64,000 nt of DNA from Promethearchaeota archaeon (GCA_048938105.1 JBHLMN010000001.1:64001-128000), one strand, 5' to 3'. Counted from the first letter of the stretch, positions 9,973-20,412 are shown. Numbers and translations are program-made. The notes: generated by a model from the letters alone, not told the origin.

Positions 9973-11930
9973 ACATTGTGAAGGTAGCATATGTGGTTCA
10001 AGTACTCCAGAGTGAAACATCAAAACAACAGATCATTAATAAATCATTCAACGCAATTTTATTGACTCCTTTGCTAATCTCTCTTTTGTTCTTCTACATT
10101 CCCCTTATTTTTATTTTAATTGATGCAGTTACATCTACTTCAGGTGTATTTACTTTTGAATTCATGAGAGATGCGTTAATAGATCCATTGAATCTATACT
10201 TTATCCAATTTACTATTAATCAAGCTATTATCAGTTCAATTATAACAGTAATTATTGGATTACCTGGTGCCTACATCTTTGCTAAGTACCAATTTACAGG
10301 GGATAAATCTTTAAAAACTATTTTAACTGTACCGTTTGTATTACCACCAATTGTCGTTGTACTAGGTTTTGTTTTACTAATCGGGCCAAATGGAATTATC
10401 AACTCTTTTTTAATGACATCTTTTAACTTAGAGAGTCCTCCAATCCATTTATATAAAACATTCGATGGAATAATACTCGTCCATGCTTTTTACAATGTCC
10501 CTATTGTTTTACATCTAGTATCTAGCGCTTGGGCAAAGGCAAATGTGGATATGGAAGAGGTGGCAACTACTCTTGGAAGTCGAAAACTCCACTTCTTTCG
10601 TTATGTAACCTTCCCCCAAATTAGCTCAGCTATTCTAGTTAGTGGAATCCTCACTTTTCTCTACTGCTTCACTTCTTTTGCAGTTGTTCTATCTTTGGGA
10701 GGAATTCAATTTAAAACATTAGAGGTACAGATTTACTCTCTATTTCACTATCGATATGATTATCATCAAGCTGCTGCATTAGCGTTATTTCAATTATTCA
10801 TTACCTCTATTCTCATTATTTCATACCTTTATTTTTCTGAACCTGTTTTCAAACGTGAAAGATTTCCAGTATTTTTCTCGGCAATTTGGATTAAAATTCT
10901 ACAATGTTTAATTTTGGGGGGAATAGTTCTGTTTTTTCTTTATTTCCGTGTCAATATTATACTGATATTCTTACTTGGACTTATTGGAGGGGGATTTTGG
11001 AAATATGGCAGAACTACACCTTTAACCATTGGAGAAATCCGAGAGAGATCAAAAACGAAATTAAAAGGCCTTCTTTCTCATGATAAGTTCCATTTCTGTA
11101 TAATAGTCATCTATATCACTTCTATAACCATTTTTCTTCTTTCCCCCATCGTTATAATCTTTTTCTCTGCTTTTTATGATCGCATGACTAATAATTGGAA
11201 CATTGAAGCGATTTTCAGTCTTTTAGGCTTCAGACTAAATGAAGCTGGTTTAGTGTGGGCTCCAAAGTCAAATCCTGCTTTAGGGGCAAACACATCTGCA
11301 ATTAATTTAATCTTCAATTCAGTGCTTTTTGCTTTCATCACATTAATTTTATCAGCTTTTTTTGGAGTTGTTTCGATTTATGTAGTCAGAAGATCAGAAT
11401 TTCTAGGACAGCACCATTTCATAGCTCTGATCATTTCGTGGTCTCTAATTCTTCCATTAGTAACTTCTTCTATTACCATTGGCCTAGGAATGCTCCGAGC
11501 TTTTGGATTTATCCGAATTTCCTCTCAAGATGCATGGATACCCATCATACTCGCTCATCTTATTGCTGCTTATCCTTTTGTATCACGTACAGTCAGTACT
11601 GCGTATAATAAAATTGATTTCAGCTTGATTGAAATTGGAAAAACATTGGGAGCCTCTAGGTGGTATATTTTCCGAAATATTGAATTCCCGATAATTTCAT
11701 CTGGTATCTTAGCTGGAGCGACTTTCGCACTCGCTATTAGTCTTGGGGAATTTGGAGCTACATATTTTATTGCTCGTTCAGAATTCACAACGATGACGAT
11801 TGGAATCTATAAATTCTTAAATCTAAGACAATTACAAAATTCTGCAATAATGGCTTCAATTTTAATCTTAGTTTGTATTATTGCCTTTCTCCTTGTCCAA
11901 AAACTTGGTGAAGACGAATTCCATTTTTAG
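9969..11930 (+). CDS. thiP: Thiamine/Fe(III)-type ABC transporter permease (two BPD domains)
   Basis: PFVLPPIVV; EAA-like loops EEVATTLGS and IEIGKTLGA; SLGEFGAT. Confidence 0.85.
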   Translation: MNIVKVAYVVQVLQSETSKQQIINKSFNAILLTPLLISLLFFYIPLIFILIDAVTSTSGVFTFEFMRDALIDPLNLYFIQFTINQAIISSIITVIIGLPGAYIFAKYQFTGDKSLKTILTVPFVLPPIVVVLGFVLLIGPNGIINSFLMTSFNLESPPIHLYKTFDGIILVHAFYNVPIVLHLVSSAWAKANVDMEEVATTLGSRKLHFFRYVTFPQISSAILVSGILTFLYCFTSFAVVLSLGGIQFKTLEVQIYSLFHYRYDYHQAAALALFQLFITSILIISYLYFSEPVFKRERFPVFFSAIWIKILQCLILGGIVLFFLYFRVNIILIFLLGLIGGGFWKYGRTTPLTIGEIRERSKTKLKGLLSHDKFHFCIIVIYITSITIFLLSPIVIIFFSAFYDRMTNNWNIEAIFSLLGFRLNEAGLVWAPKSNPALGANTSAINLIFNSVLFAFITLILSAFFGVVSIYVVRRSEFLGQHHFIALIISWSLILPLVTSSITIGLGMLRAFGFIRISSQDAWIPIILAHLIAAYPFVSRTVSTAYNKIDFSLIEIGKTLGASRWYIFRNIEFPIISSGILAGATFALAISLGEFGATYFIARSEFTTMTIGIYKFLNLRQLQNSAIMASILILVCIIAFLLVQKLGEDEFHF

Positions 11931-11939
11931 AATTGGAGT

Positions 11940-13016
11940 TTGAGAAGAATTATGGCTTTCCTCGAAATTAAAAATCTTTCTAAGAAATTTGAGGATGTAA
12001 TCGCTGTTGATTCAGTTAGTTTTTCAATTGCAGAAGGGGAGATATTAGGAATTCTTGGGCCATCTGGATGTGGTAAAACAACCATCTTGAAGGCTATTCT
12101 GGGTTTGATAACTCCAACAAACGGGGACATTCGTCTTAAGGGTGAATCTATTGTAAAAGTTCCGCCCGAATTGCGTAATTTTGGATATATTCCGCAGAAT
12201 TTGGCTTTATTTCCTCATTTAACCGTTTTTGAGAATATAGCTTTTGGATTAAGGGCAAAAAAGTGGAAAAAACCAGAAATAATTGCTAAAACAAAATCCT
12301 TGTTGAAAATGCTAGAATTAGAAAATCTAGAATCAAAACTACCCTATGAAATAAGTGGAGGCCAACAACAAAGAGTAGCTCTTGCACGAGCTCTTGCTCC
12401 AGAACCAGCATTATTATTGATGGATGAACCTCTGACTTCATTAGACACCACATTGTCCTTTCATCTGCGTTGGGAAATTAGGAAAATCCTCAAAACCACC
12501 ACAACAACTGCTATTTTTGTTACTCATAATCCTGAGGAGGCTATCTCCATTTGTGATCACTTAGTTTTGATGGATGCTGGCCGAACCATTCAAATTATAT
12601 CCTCTAAAGATGTCTTTGATTCTCCTACTTCTGTAAAAGCTATGCAAATTATGGGTAAATCCAACATATTTCCTATTATTAAACATACAAAGGATCAAAA
12701 TGGAAGAGATGTGGTAATGACATCGCTAGGTTTGCTTCCTCGTCCAAAGTTTACACTAGAAAAACCGATTTTAGGGTGTTGGATCCCTGAAGCAGATATT
12801 GGGTTTCAAAACTTAAATAAAAACCAAAATGATCATCTAGATACTACAGGAGAGTTGTTAGGTATTATATGGGGCAGGACTAAACATCGACTCATTTTCC
12901 AATTACCAGACAACAACCAGATCGCAGTTCAAATACCCTCAAACTATCCTATCCTCCCAACCATTGGAGAAACCATTACTCTCATTATACCCTTAAGTAA
13001 AATCCGCTGGTTTTAA
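11940..13016 (+). CDS. thiQ: ABC transporter ATPase (thiamine import)
   Basis: GPSGCGKTT, ISGGQQQRVALARAL, LMDEP; in operon with thiBP. Confidence 0.8.
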   Translation: MRRIMAFLEIKNLSKKFEDVIAVDSVSFSIAEGEILGILGPSGCGKTTILKAILGLITPTNGDIRLKGESIVKVPPELRNFGYIPQNLALFPHLTVFENIAFGLRAKKWKKPEIIAKTKSLLKMLELENLESKLPYEISGGQQQRVALARALAPEPALLLMDEPLTSLDTTLSFHLRWEIRKILKTTTTTAIFVTHNPEEAISICDHLVLMDAGRTIQIISSKDVFDSPTSVKAMQIMGKSNIFPIIKHTKDQNGRDVVMTSLGLLPRPKFTLEKPILGCWIPEADIGFQNLNKNQNDHLDTTGELLGIIWGRTKHRLIFQLPDNNQIAVQIPSNYPILPTIGETITLIIPLSKIRWF

Positions 13017-13084
13017 TTCATCTTTATTTCGTTTGTTTAGATCTATTTGGTTGATCCTTTTAAGCTTATATACGTATTAGCACG

Positions 13085-13342
13085 TTATAATTGATTATTA
13101 TTGTTTCCAAGGGATTCACTAATGATAAGTGTTATTGATTTCGTTATTCCTTCAATTGAACGAATTTTCTTAGTCATGAGGGTTCCTAATGCCTTAACTT
13201 TATCCGTCTGTACTTCAGCTACCAAATCATACTCACCAAATGTAATACGACATGACTTGACTTGGTCTATTTTATTTATTTCTTCTTTAACAGAATATTC
13301 CTTACCTGGAAATACACATAATAATACAACAGCGTCAACCAT
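13085..13342 (-). CDS. Stand-alone Lrp/AsnC ligand-binding domain protein
   Basis: TFGEYDLVAEV...IRSIEGITKSITLI. Confidence 0.8.
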   Translation of the reverse strand: MVDAVVLLCVFPGKEYSVKEEINKIDQVKSCRITFGEYDLVAEVQTDKVKALGTLMTKKIRSIEGITKSITLIISESLGNNNNQL

Positions 13343-13618
13343 AAATCTCAGTCCTTTTTACCTACTTTTTTGACTTCAATAATGAGATTTCCTACTATTA
13401 CATGGTGATTTTCTTATGACTAACAGAAAAATTAGAAGTATTAAATCTGTTTGTGAATAATCTAAAACAAAAAAATGGAAAAACTTTTTAGTTTCTTGCG
13501 AAATTACTTAGCAGGAATCATAATTTTTGCTGAATCGAGGTTTAAACGAAGATCATTTTCGAATAGTCATTGATAGACCAATAATAATGAAAATTCTAAC
13601 AATAAATAACCAATAACC

Positions 13619-14326
13619 TTGACAAGAGGAATTATTGTGACATCCGTCCAAGAACTTTATCATCTACAAAACAGTCTTTCTCAGATTTTCGATAGAATCG
13701 GAATTACGCAGGAAATTCGAGAAAATTTTTCTCTAGACGAATTATCACGCCAAGAGCAAGAGCAATTAACTTTCCTGATTGAAAAATTCGAAGTTAGTCT
13801 CAAAGAAATCCGTCACTCACCCAATATCATAGAAGAAATAATTGATCAACGTTTGTTAATTCGTCTTGGGAATTATTACTATTGCCAAGGTGATCTATCT
13901 CAAGCCTTAGAACATTATGATTTAAGCAATCTAGTTGAAGAAAATGAGTGGGCGTACTTCAATTCAGCTAGAATCCTACAGATCAACGAACAGCTACGAC
14001 CTGCTTATGAAAAATATGATTTAGCAATAAAGCTCAAACCTGATTTTCCCCTGGCTCTCCGACATCAGGCTGAAATTTTAACTCATCAAGGTGATCATGA
14101 AGCAGCTCTGAAAAAATTACAAAAGTGCCAACAGCTTAATCCAAATGATCCTGAAACTAATAAGCTTTTAGCAAACTATTATATTGAGCATGGGGAGAAG
14201 GAAGAGGCGTTGATACGCCTTAAAGCCATACATCATCGCGATAAGGATGTTATAGAGAAGATTGAAGAACTAGAACGAAAGGAATCCTTCCTAAGTCGTA
14301 TTATCGGCCGATTCCGTAAAAAATAA
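13619..14326 (+). CDS. TPR-repeat protein
   Basis: LG..Y...GD..QA; AIKLKPDFPLA; QLNPNDPET helical repeats. Confidence 0.8.
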   Translation: MTRGIIVTSVQELYHLQNSLSQIFDRIGITQEIRENFSLDELSRQEQEQLTFLIEKFEVSLKEIRHSPNIIEEIIDQRLLIRLGNYYYCQGDLSQALEHYDLSNLVEENEWAYFNSARILQINEQLRPAYEKYDLAIKLKPDFPLALRHQAEILTHQGDHEAALKKLQKCQQLNPNDPETNKLLANYYIEHGEKEEALIRLKAIHHRDKDVIEKIEELERKESFLSRIIGRFRKK

Positions 14327-14382
14327 GAGTAAAATCTCATTCGGGACTATGTGAAACGAATGAAAGATGGGAATATGTCCTT

Positions 14383-14577
14383 ATGTCTCCCAAGCAAAAA
14401 GGCTCATTGCGGTTAAAACGAAAACATCGTCCCCGATTGAAACATAAAAAACCTGAATCGAAGGGTAGTGGAATCTCAAAAGGTGACGGAGTGCTTTTTC
14501 CTTCTACCAGGGTTCCCAATGGTATGAATAAAAAGACAGCAAAAAAGTTGAAAAAGGCAACACGTTACAAATATTAA
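14383..14577 (+). CDS. Small very basic Lys/Arg-rich protein
   Basis: 64 aa, K/R-rich, co-oriented between the TPR and helicase genes. Confidence 0.55.
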   Translation: MSPKQKGSLRLKRKHRPRLKHKKPESKGSGISKGDGVLFPSTRVPNGMNKKTAKKLKKATRYKY

Positions 14578-14677
14578 GAATAATCATCTGAGAAATTATA
14601 TTCTATTTTTCCATTCAGCGTAGTATAGAATTCTGATTACCATTAAACTGACAACCTCTTCAATCTGAGGAAGCTTC

Positions 14678-16489
14678 GTGAACACGCACATTTCAAGATT
14701 AATTATACATCCCACTGTTCGTCCTCAACAGCAACGTACTTTTAATGCTATTTCACAAAAATGGTCTCAATATAACTCTTTTTTTTGTTCACTCCCGACA
14801 GGATCTGGGAAAACCGATCTTGCTGCATGTATTATATCAGATTATCTTCAAACCAACTCATCAGATAAGATAGATATTTTGGTTCCCTATCGGATGCATC
14901 AAGATTTTTGGTTCAACATCTTACAGAAGTATGCTCGAAAACATGATTTTTCCGTTGCTTTATTAAAGGGAAGATCAGCATATTATTGTCCAATTATACG
15001 TTCAGGAGCAAATATCTCCCCTTGTGCATTTGATCCTTACTATGCTCAGAATTGTCGTTCAAAACGGCAGTGTCCTTTATTAAAAGCTCGACAACAAATC
15101 CGAAGAAGCCAAGTTCGAATTTTAAACTGGTGGGTCTTTAAATACGTAGATTTGGGGGAAGATAAAGCGACTTTCCGAATATTTGATGAAGCACATAATT
15201 TATTCAATCTAGAAAATTTATTGCGTGTGGAAATCAATAAGTCTTTTTTATTTAACATTACCCAAGACCAGGAATTATTGACCAAGTTTGTGAATTGGGA
15301 AAACAAGCTTAAGAAACGCCAATGGATTGAAGTAAAGCAAGATACAGGATTAAATTTCATACGACAACTCCAAGCTGTCTTAACTGAACGTGAAAGAAAC
15401 ATCGCCAAAATGTTGAATGAAAGTTCTCAGATTACCATTAAACTTGATTTGTTAAGAGAACTCCAAAAGATCACGGAGATGGTTGCTGCTCTTTCTGATT
15501 TAATTGCTAATCCCGTATCTTCAGATCTAACATTCTTTTTTCAACGTGACAAGTCAAAAAAACAAGTTCAACTTATTATTCAACCCTTTGAAATCGCATA
15601 CATTTTTACCCAATTATTTAGTGGAAGTAAGAACCTATTTTTGTCAGCAACAATTGGGGATGGTGAATACCTAGCTAAGTTACTTGGATTAAATACCCAA
15701 TATTGTCATTATATACATGAAGACTCCTCATTTGATAAAAAAAATCACCCTTTCATACTGTTGGAGGAAGCAGAGAAGCTTTCGACCGCAACTAGTGAGA
15801 AAAAGGGAAAATCATTTCAAATTATAAAAAATCAATCTCAAACTTTTCTTGATTTATTGAAACAACACCATTTACGTGCTTTGATTCTAACTTCTAGTTT
15901 TGAATTAGCTAATCTGATGTACGGACTTGCGAGGTCAAAACAGCTTGAAGTTATTACACATTCAGCTGGAAAATCAGACAAAGCTATTAAGAGTTTCATA
16001 TCAAATCGTCAAGGAGACGTTCTAATTACTCCTTCAGGGTGGGAAGGGATTTCCTTAGATGATGACCTAGCACGATTATGTATAATTCCAAAATTACCTT
16101 TTCCAATGTTGAGAGATCCAATTATTCAGAAAAAGGCTAAAAAGTATCCTCAATTCCTTGAGAACGACGTTTTAATATCAATACAACAAGCTCACGGTAG
16201 GATTCAACGAAATAGTGCAGATTGGGGAATATCTGTTTGTTTGGATGGAAATTTTCGATGGCTTAAAAGAAAACGAGCGAAGAGTCTAGAACCGTGGTTT
16301 TCAAACAGGATTCATGAAATCTCAATGTTGGAAGCAAAAAAGCTAATTCTTCAGTTGATTTCAGAACAAAGATTGGAAAAAACATCTAAATTATTATCAA
16401 AAACAAAAGCCCCAGCTTTTTCACGAATGAGTAAGAAAGATAGGGAATGGTTAGAATCAAGCGGTTTGGGAGATTTATTGAAAAAATGA
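14678..16489 (+). CDS. DinG/XPD-family SF2 helicase with Fe-S cysteines
   Basis: Q motif RPQQ, PTGSGKT, LKGRSAYYC..C..C..CP, DEAH, LSAT, WEGIS, QQAHGRIQR. Confidence 0.88.
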   Translation: MNTHISRLIIHPTVRPQQQRTFNAISQKWSQYNSFFCSLPTGSGKTDLAACIISDYLQTNSSDKIDILVPYRMHQDFWFNILQKYARKHDFSVALLKGRSAYYCPIIRSGANISPCAFDPYYAQNCRSKRQCPLLKARQQIRRSQVRILNWWVFKYVDLGEDKATFRIFDEAHNLFNLENLLRVEINKSFLFNITQDQELLTKFVNWENKLKKRQWIEVKQDTGLNFIRQLQAVLTERERNIAKMLNESSQITIKLDLLRELQKITEMVAALSDLIANPVSSDLTFFFQRDKSKKQVQLIIQPFEIAYIFTQLFSGSKNLFLSATIGDGEYLAKLLGLNTQYCHYIHEDSSFDKKNHPFILLEEAEKLSTATSEKKGKSFQIIKNQSQTFLDLLKQHHLRALILTSSFELANLMYGLARSKQLEVITHSAGKSDKAIKSFISNRQGDVLITPSGWEGISLDDDLARLCIIPKLPFPMLRDPIIQKKAKKYPQFLENDVLISIQQAHGRIQRNSADWGISVCLDGNFRWLKRKRAKSLEPWFSNRIHEISMLEAKKLILQLISEQRLEKTSKLLSKTKAPAFSRMSKKDREWLESSGLGDLLKK

Positions 16490-16654
16490 TCCTCATTTTG
16501 TTATTGAATTTCCTTTGCACAAGTCAATAAAACAAGTCTTATATTAAGAACAGGTTAAGTTAAATTTATAAAATTCCTAGTTAAATGATAACCTCAGATT
16601 TGATAAATCCACCAAATAAAAACATATTTAAGAGTAAATCGAGAAAAGAATCGC

Positions 16655-16920
16655 TAGGATCTATGACTAAGACGGGTCTAGTGTCAACGGGTGCAAAACC
16701 TTGCTCTTCGCATTCATCCCGGTAAGAATGGGAAATGGTCAGGTGGGCAGACAATTTTGGCCTAGACATCCCAACCGAATCACAGGAAGTCATGATTACC
16801 AGTAGAGTTAAAAATAAGCATTCCTGAAAGTTTGGTGAACAAACAGACAGGATAGAGGGCATAGGGTTATGCCCAATATGATGGAGGTTCGTATCGGTAA
16901 CGAGCTAGCTGATGATCCCA
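16655..16920 (+). ncRNA. Candidate structured non-coding RNA of unknown class
   Basis: GC-richer intergenic island with TATA-like TATTTAAG about 25 nt upstream. Nested pairings: GGATC/GATCC, ATGACT/AGTCAT, GTCTAG-GTCAA/TTGGC-CTAGAC, CATTC/GAATG, TCCTG/CAGGA, GTTTG/CAAAC, GGGCATA/TATGCCC, TTCGT/ACGAG. Confidence 0.6.
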
Positions 16921-16990
16921 TGTGAATACAAATGTCTATCTTTTATAGCATTTGTGATAACCTGTATACATATATTGTGGTGAAAGCGAA

Positions 16991-17842
16991 TTGTATTTTT
17001 CCTTATTCCCTCCAATATCGATTGAGGGGCCAACAACGGAGAAAAACTTAGATATACCTGGACTAGAAGCGCTGAAATCTGTTCAGGTTTCGCCTGATAA
17101 GGTTAGTTGTGTCCTTGATATCGATGGTAGTACCCGAACAATCGATGTGATTAATTTCAATGATCCCAGTCCAGACATAAACCACCGTATTGAAATCGAT
17201 GATAAATTTCCTTTAGAGCTCATGCCACTTGTAACAATAGAGTTATTAGAAGATTTAGCTCAGAAAATTGGAGGATATACCCTAATTTTTACAAACCCTC
17301 CCGAAGCTGGATATTTCGAATTCTACCGTGGAGATTTTTATCCTATTTCCATTCGTGGAACTGATAAACAGCTTTATGCTTCCACTGCTGAACTACGGCC
17401 TCTAAGAAATGATTATTTCGTCGCATTGAACAGTTTGCTTGAAATTGATTTCGAGTCACAGCTCGAAACCTCTCTCGCAACCTTTTCTGAAAATGTCCTT
17501 AAACCAATGTCTACAACAATGGATGAAGTTTTCTCTTTGGATAATGAGTTAGATTCTGATGACTCAATTGTCAATATCATTGGTAGTGATTTTAAGCGAC
17601 TTATTTCCCGAACAGATCAGCTTATCACCATTGTTAGTTATCATATGGATCAAACAGCAGAACGGAATAAAGCCTTCCTCCGTTTAACTCTACCTCTGAT
17701 GTTAAAACAAGCCCTCCTTGAGAACTTTACAGAATATCTCCAATTTGAAGCGGAAAATTCTGAGCTTAGACTAAAAATCATTAAACGAAAGAGCCTAGCC
17801 GTTGAAGACCTTTTGAATCTAATTTTGAAATCTCTTCAATAA
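16991..17842 (+). CDS. Hypothetical acidic protein
   Basis: 283-aa ORF with upstream GGTGA; no recognisable motif. Confidence 0.7.
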   Translation: MYFSLFPPISIEGPTTEKNLDIPGLEALKSVQVSPDKVSCVLDIDGSTRTIDVINFNDPSPDINHRIEIDDKFPLELMPLVTIELLEDLAQKIGGYTLIFTNPPEAGYFEFYRGDFYPISIRGTDKQLYASTAELRPLRNDYFVALNSLLEIDFESQLETSLATFSENVLKPMSTTMDEVFSLDNELDSDDSIVNIIGSDFKRLISRTDQLITIVSYHMDQTAERNKAFLRLTLPLMLKQALLENFTEYLQFEAENSELRLKIIKRKSLAVEDLLNLILKSLQ

Positions 17843-17872
17843 TTTAGGATATTCTTCTTAATTTTTGGAGCT

Positions 17873-19654
17873 TTGGTTAAATTGAACATTTCTTCCCTTA
17901 AAGAATTGATCTCTTGCGCGCGTGGTGAAATACCTTCCAATTTGCTAATTCGAGGGGGAACACTGGCAAATGTGATTACTCGAGAATTGTATAAAGCAGA
18001 TATAGCAATTTGTGGTAACCGTATAGCGAATGTCGCAGAACCAAACTCATTAGATCCAGAAAATTGCCATAAAGTGATTGATATTCAAGGTAAATACGTG
18101 TCACCTGGCCTTATTGAGTCTCACCTTCACATTGAAAGCACAATGTTACCACCAACGGAATTTGCCAAGGTTGTGGTTCCCCGAGGAACGACTACTGTAC
18201 TCCTAGATCCACATGAAATTGGTAATGCTTTAGGAGTAAGAGGACTTCAACTTCTTCTCAATCAATCCGAAAATCTTCCTTTACGATTTCTAATTGAAAT
18301 ACCATCTTGTGTGCCTGCAGCACCAGGTTTAGAAACTTCAGCTCATAATATTGATTCTAAAATAATAAAAAAGCTCATTGAGAATGAACCTCGTTTTTTT
18401 GGCCTTGGAGAAGTAATGAATTACCCAGGAGTACTTTTCAAAGACGATGAATTATTAACTAAAGTTAAATTAGGTTCTAAACTTAATATTGTGGATGGTC
18501 ATAGCCCTGGCGTCTCTGGTAGAGATTTAGATGCCTATATAGCAGCTGGTATAGAGTCGGACCACGAAAGTACTACAGCAGATGAATTTCTGGAAAAATT
18601 ACGTAAAGGTATGAAAGTTATGGCAAGAGAGGGATCTCTAACTAAAGACCTAAGAAATCTATTGAAAGCAGTTAAAGGTACCAATTTAGATCTGAGAAAT
18701 TGCCTCATAGCATCAGATGATCGTAATGTCATTGATCTTTTAGAAAATGGGCATTTGGATAATCAATTAAGGATCGCTGTTGAAGAAGAAATCCCTCCAT
18801 TATCAGCATTACAAATGGCTACCATCAACCCAGCAACATATTTTGGGTTAGATCACAAGCTCGGAAGCATCGCTCCTGGAAAAATTGCTGATATAGTTGT
18901 TTTTGAGGACCTACGACAATTTCAAATAAATTCAGTCATTTTTGGCGGAAAGATCGTCTTTCAAGACAAAACACTGAATTGGAAGTTTCCTGAACCTAAT
19001 TTTCCACAGTGGGCTATTGATACGGTAAAATTAACACAACCAATCACCCCAGAAGCATTTCGCGCAACAGTCGCACTTTCAGATGGAACGTATCAAACTC
19101 GAGTTATTGGTGTCCTACCGCACTCAGTGATTACTGAAGCATTAGTAGAAAATCTCAAAGTGGAAAATGGATGGATACATCCTGACCCTGAGAAAGACAT
19201 CCTATCATTGTCAGTCATTGAGCGTTATGGGATTAATGGTAATATTGCGAATGCTTTTGTCAAAGGATTTCGTATTACATCTAAGGATTTTGCAATGGCA
19301 ACAACAGTAGCCCACGATTGCCACAACCTCATCGTAACGGGAACTGATCATATCATAATGACCAAAGCAGTTGAAATATTGCATCAAATCAAGGGAGGAT
19401 ACATTGTTATCATGGGAGATAAAATCCAAAAGCTCCCCCTTTCTTATGGTGGCTTAATGAGCATAGAACCATTTATGGTTCTTTTTAATCAATTAACTGA
19501 GTTGAATAATGTTTTCTCTGAAATTACTGAATTTGATGAGCCCTTAATGGCGTTATCATTTATGGCTCTCTCTGTTATACCTCATTTAAAGCTTACAGAC
19601 AAAGGGCTTGTAGATGTTGATAGTTTCACCTTCACTGACCTTATTATCCAATAA
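17873..19654 (+). CDS. ade: Adenine deaminase
   Basis: HLHIES, DPHEIGN, PSCVPA, EVMNYPGV, DGHSP, SDHE, AHDCHN, IPHLKLTDKGL. Confidence 0.95.
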   Translation: MVKLNISSLKELISCARGEIPSNLLIRGGTLANVITRELYKADIAICGNRIANVAEPNSLDPENCHKVIDIQGKYVSPGLIESHLHIESTMLPPTEFAKVVVPRGTTTVLLDPHEIGNALGVRGLQLLLNQSENLPLRFLIEIPSCVPAAPGLETSAHNIDSKIIKKLIENEPRFFGLGEVMNYPGVLFKDDELLTKVKLGSKLNIVDGHSPGVSGRDLDAYIAAGIESDHESTTADEFLEKLRKGMKVMAREGSLTKDLRNLLKAVKGTNLDLRNCLIASDDRNVIDLLENGHLDNQLRIAVEEEIPPLSALQMATINPATYFGLDHKLGSIAPGKIADIVVFEDLRQFQINSVIFGGKIVFQDKTLNWKFPEPNFPQWAIDTVKLTQPITPEAFRATVALSDGTYQTRVIGVLPHSVITEALVENLKVENGWIHPDPEKDILSLSVIERYGINGNIANAFVKGFRITSKDFAMATTVAHDCHNLIVTGTDHIIMTKAVEILHQIKGGYIVIMGDKIQKLPLSYGGLMSIEPFMVLFNQLTELNNVFSEITEFDEPLMALSFMALSVIPHLKLTDKGLVDVDSFTFTDLIIQ

Positions 19655-19723
19655 TTTTAAATAACGGTTTCCTTCCTTGTTTAGTGAAACCTTATATAGG
19701 AAATACTAGGAGGAGATGCCCAA

Positions 19724-20098
19724 ATGAAAGTCCAAAAGCATTGTATATATAATCTAGATTTTTCCTATACCCGAATTACAGCAAATCAAAACGAAATTGA
19801 TTTTCGAGGTGTCCTTAGCTACCATATTAAAGGCCTAGAATTACTCAAAGAGTCTACAAGAGGGCTTTTAGAACTTGATTCAGTAAACATTTTCCTCTTC
19901 TTTCAAGTTCAGCGTCATATAGATCTTGTACTTAATGATGTAGATGAAAATGATGTTGTAAACCAGCGGCCTATAATTATTAACAGGCTGAAAATGATTC
20001 TTCGTCGTGAATTAATTGATATTGGACTTGAACTAGTGGATTTCAAGCGAATATCACTTTGGTGTTATGGTGCAGCGGATCGAGGAGTGGAATTCTAA
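19724..20098 (+). CDS. Small protein, possibly a divergent stand-alone SPFH/band-7 core
   Basis: The pattern T.N..EIDF.GVLSYHI...DVVNQR..I..RL...L......GLELVDF resembles SPFH; AGGAG upstream. Confidence 0.5.
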   Translation: MKVQKHCIYNLDFSYTRITANQNEIDFRGVLSYHIKGLELLKESTRGLLELDSVNIFLFFQVQRHIDLVLNDVDENDVVNQRPIIINRLKMILRRELIDIGLELVDFKRISLWCYGAADRGVEF

Positions 20099-20412
20099 CA
20101 TTTTAGGAATCTTCCAAATTCTCAAGGAAGGAACGACACATTTCCAAGCTTTAATAGACTTCTCCTAGGAAAAAGTTCAATGTAGCTGATTACAATTAGA
20201 GTTGTAGATCATTTTTAGTACTAAAAGACTGTTAGGGGGTAATTAAACTATTTTTCATTAGGATATTTTATCCAATGATATATAAAGCCGTTTTAAAGAG
20301 GATTCCCTCCCAACCATAAAATGATAATAAACTCCCTAAGCCTTTTTATCCTCAAGATTACCTTTCAAGAAACTGAGAGCAATTTAATCATAAAATGCGT
20401 GAATTGGTTTAA

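Noticed and set aside
16581-16862. 93-aa minus-strand ORF
   Set aside because: No motif; it lies antisense to a promoter-bearing structured island, so it is probably spurious.
16655-16920. SRP RNA or RNase P RNA identity
   Set aside because: No helix-8 GGAA/AGCA motif and no complete P4 (GAGGAAAGUC...ACAGAA..GGCUUA) on either strand.
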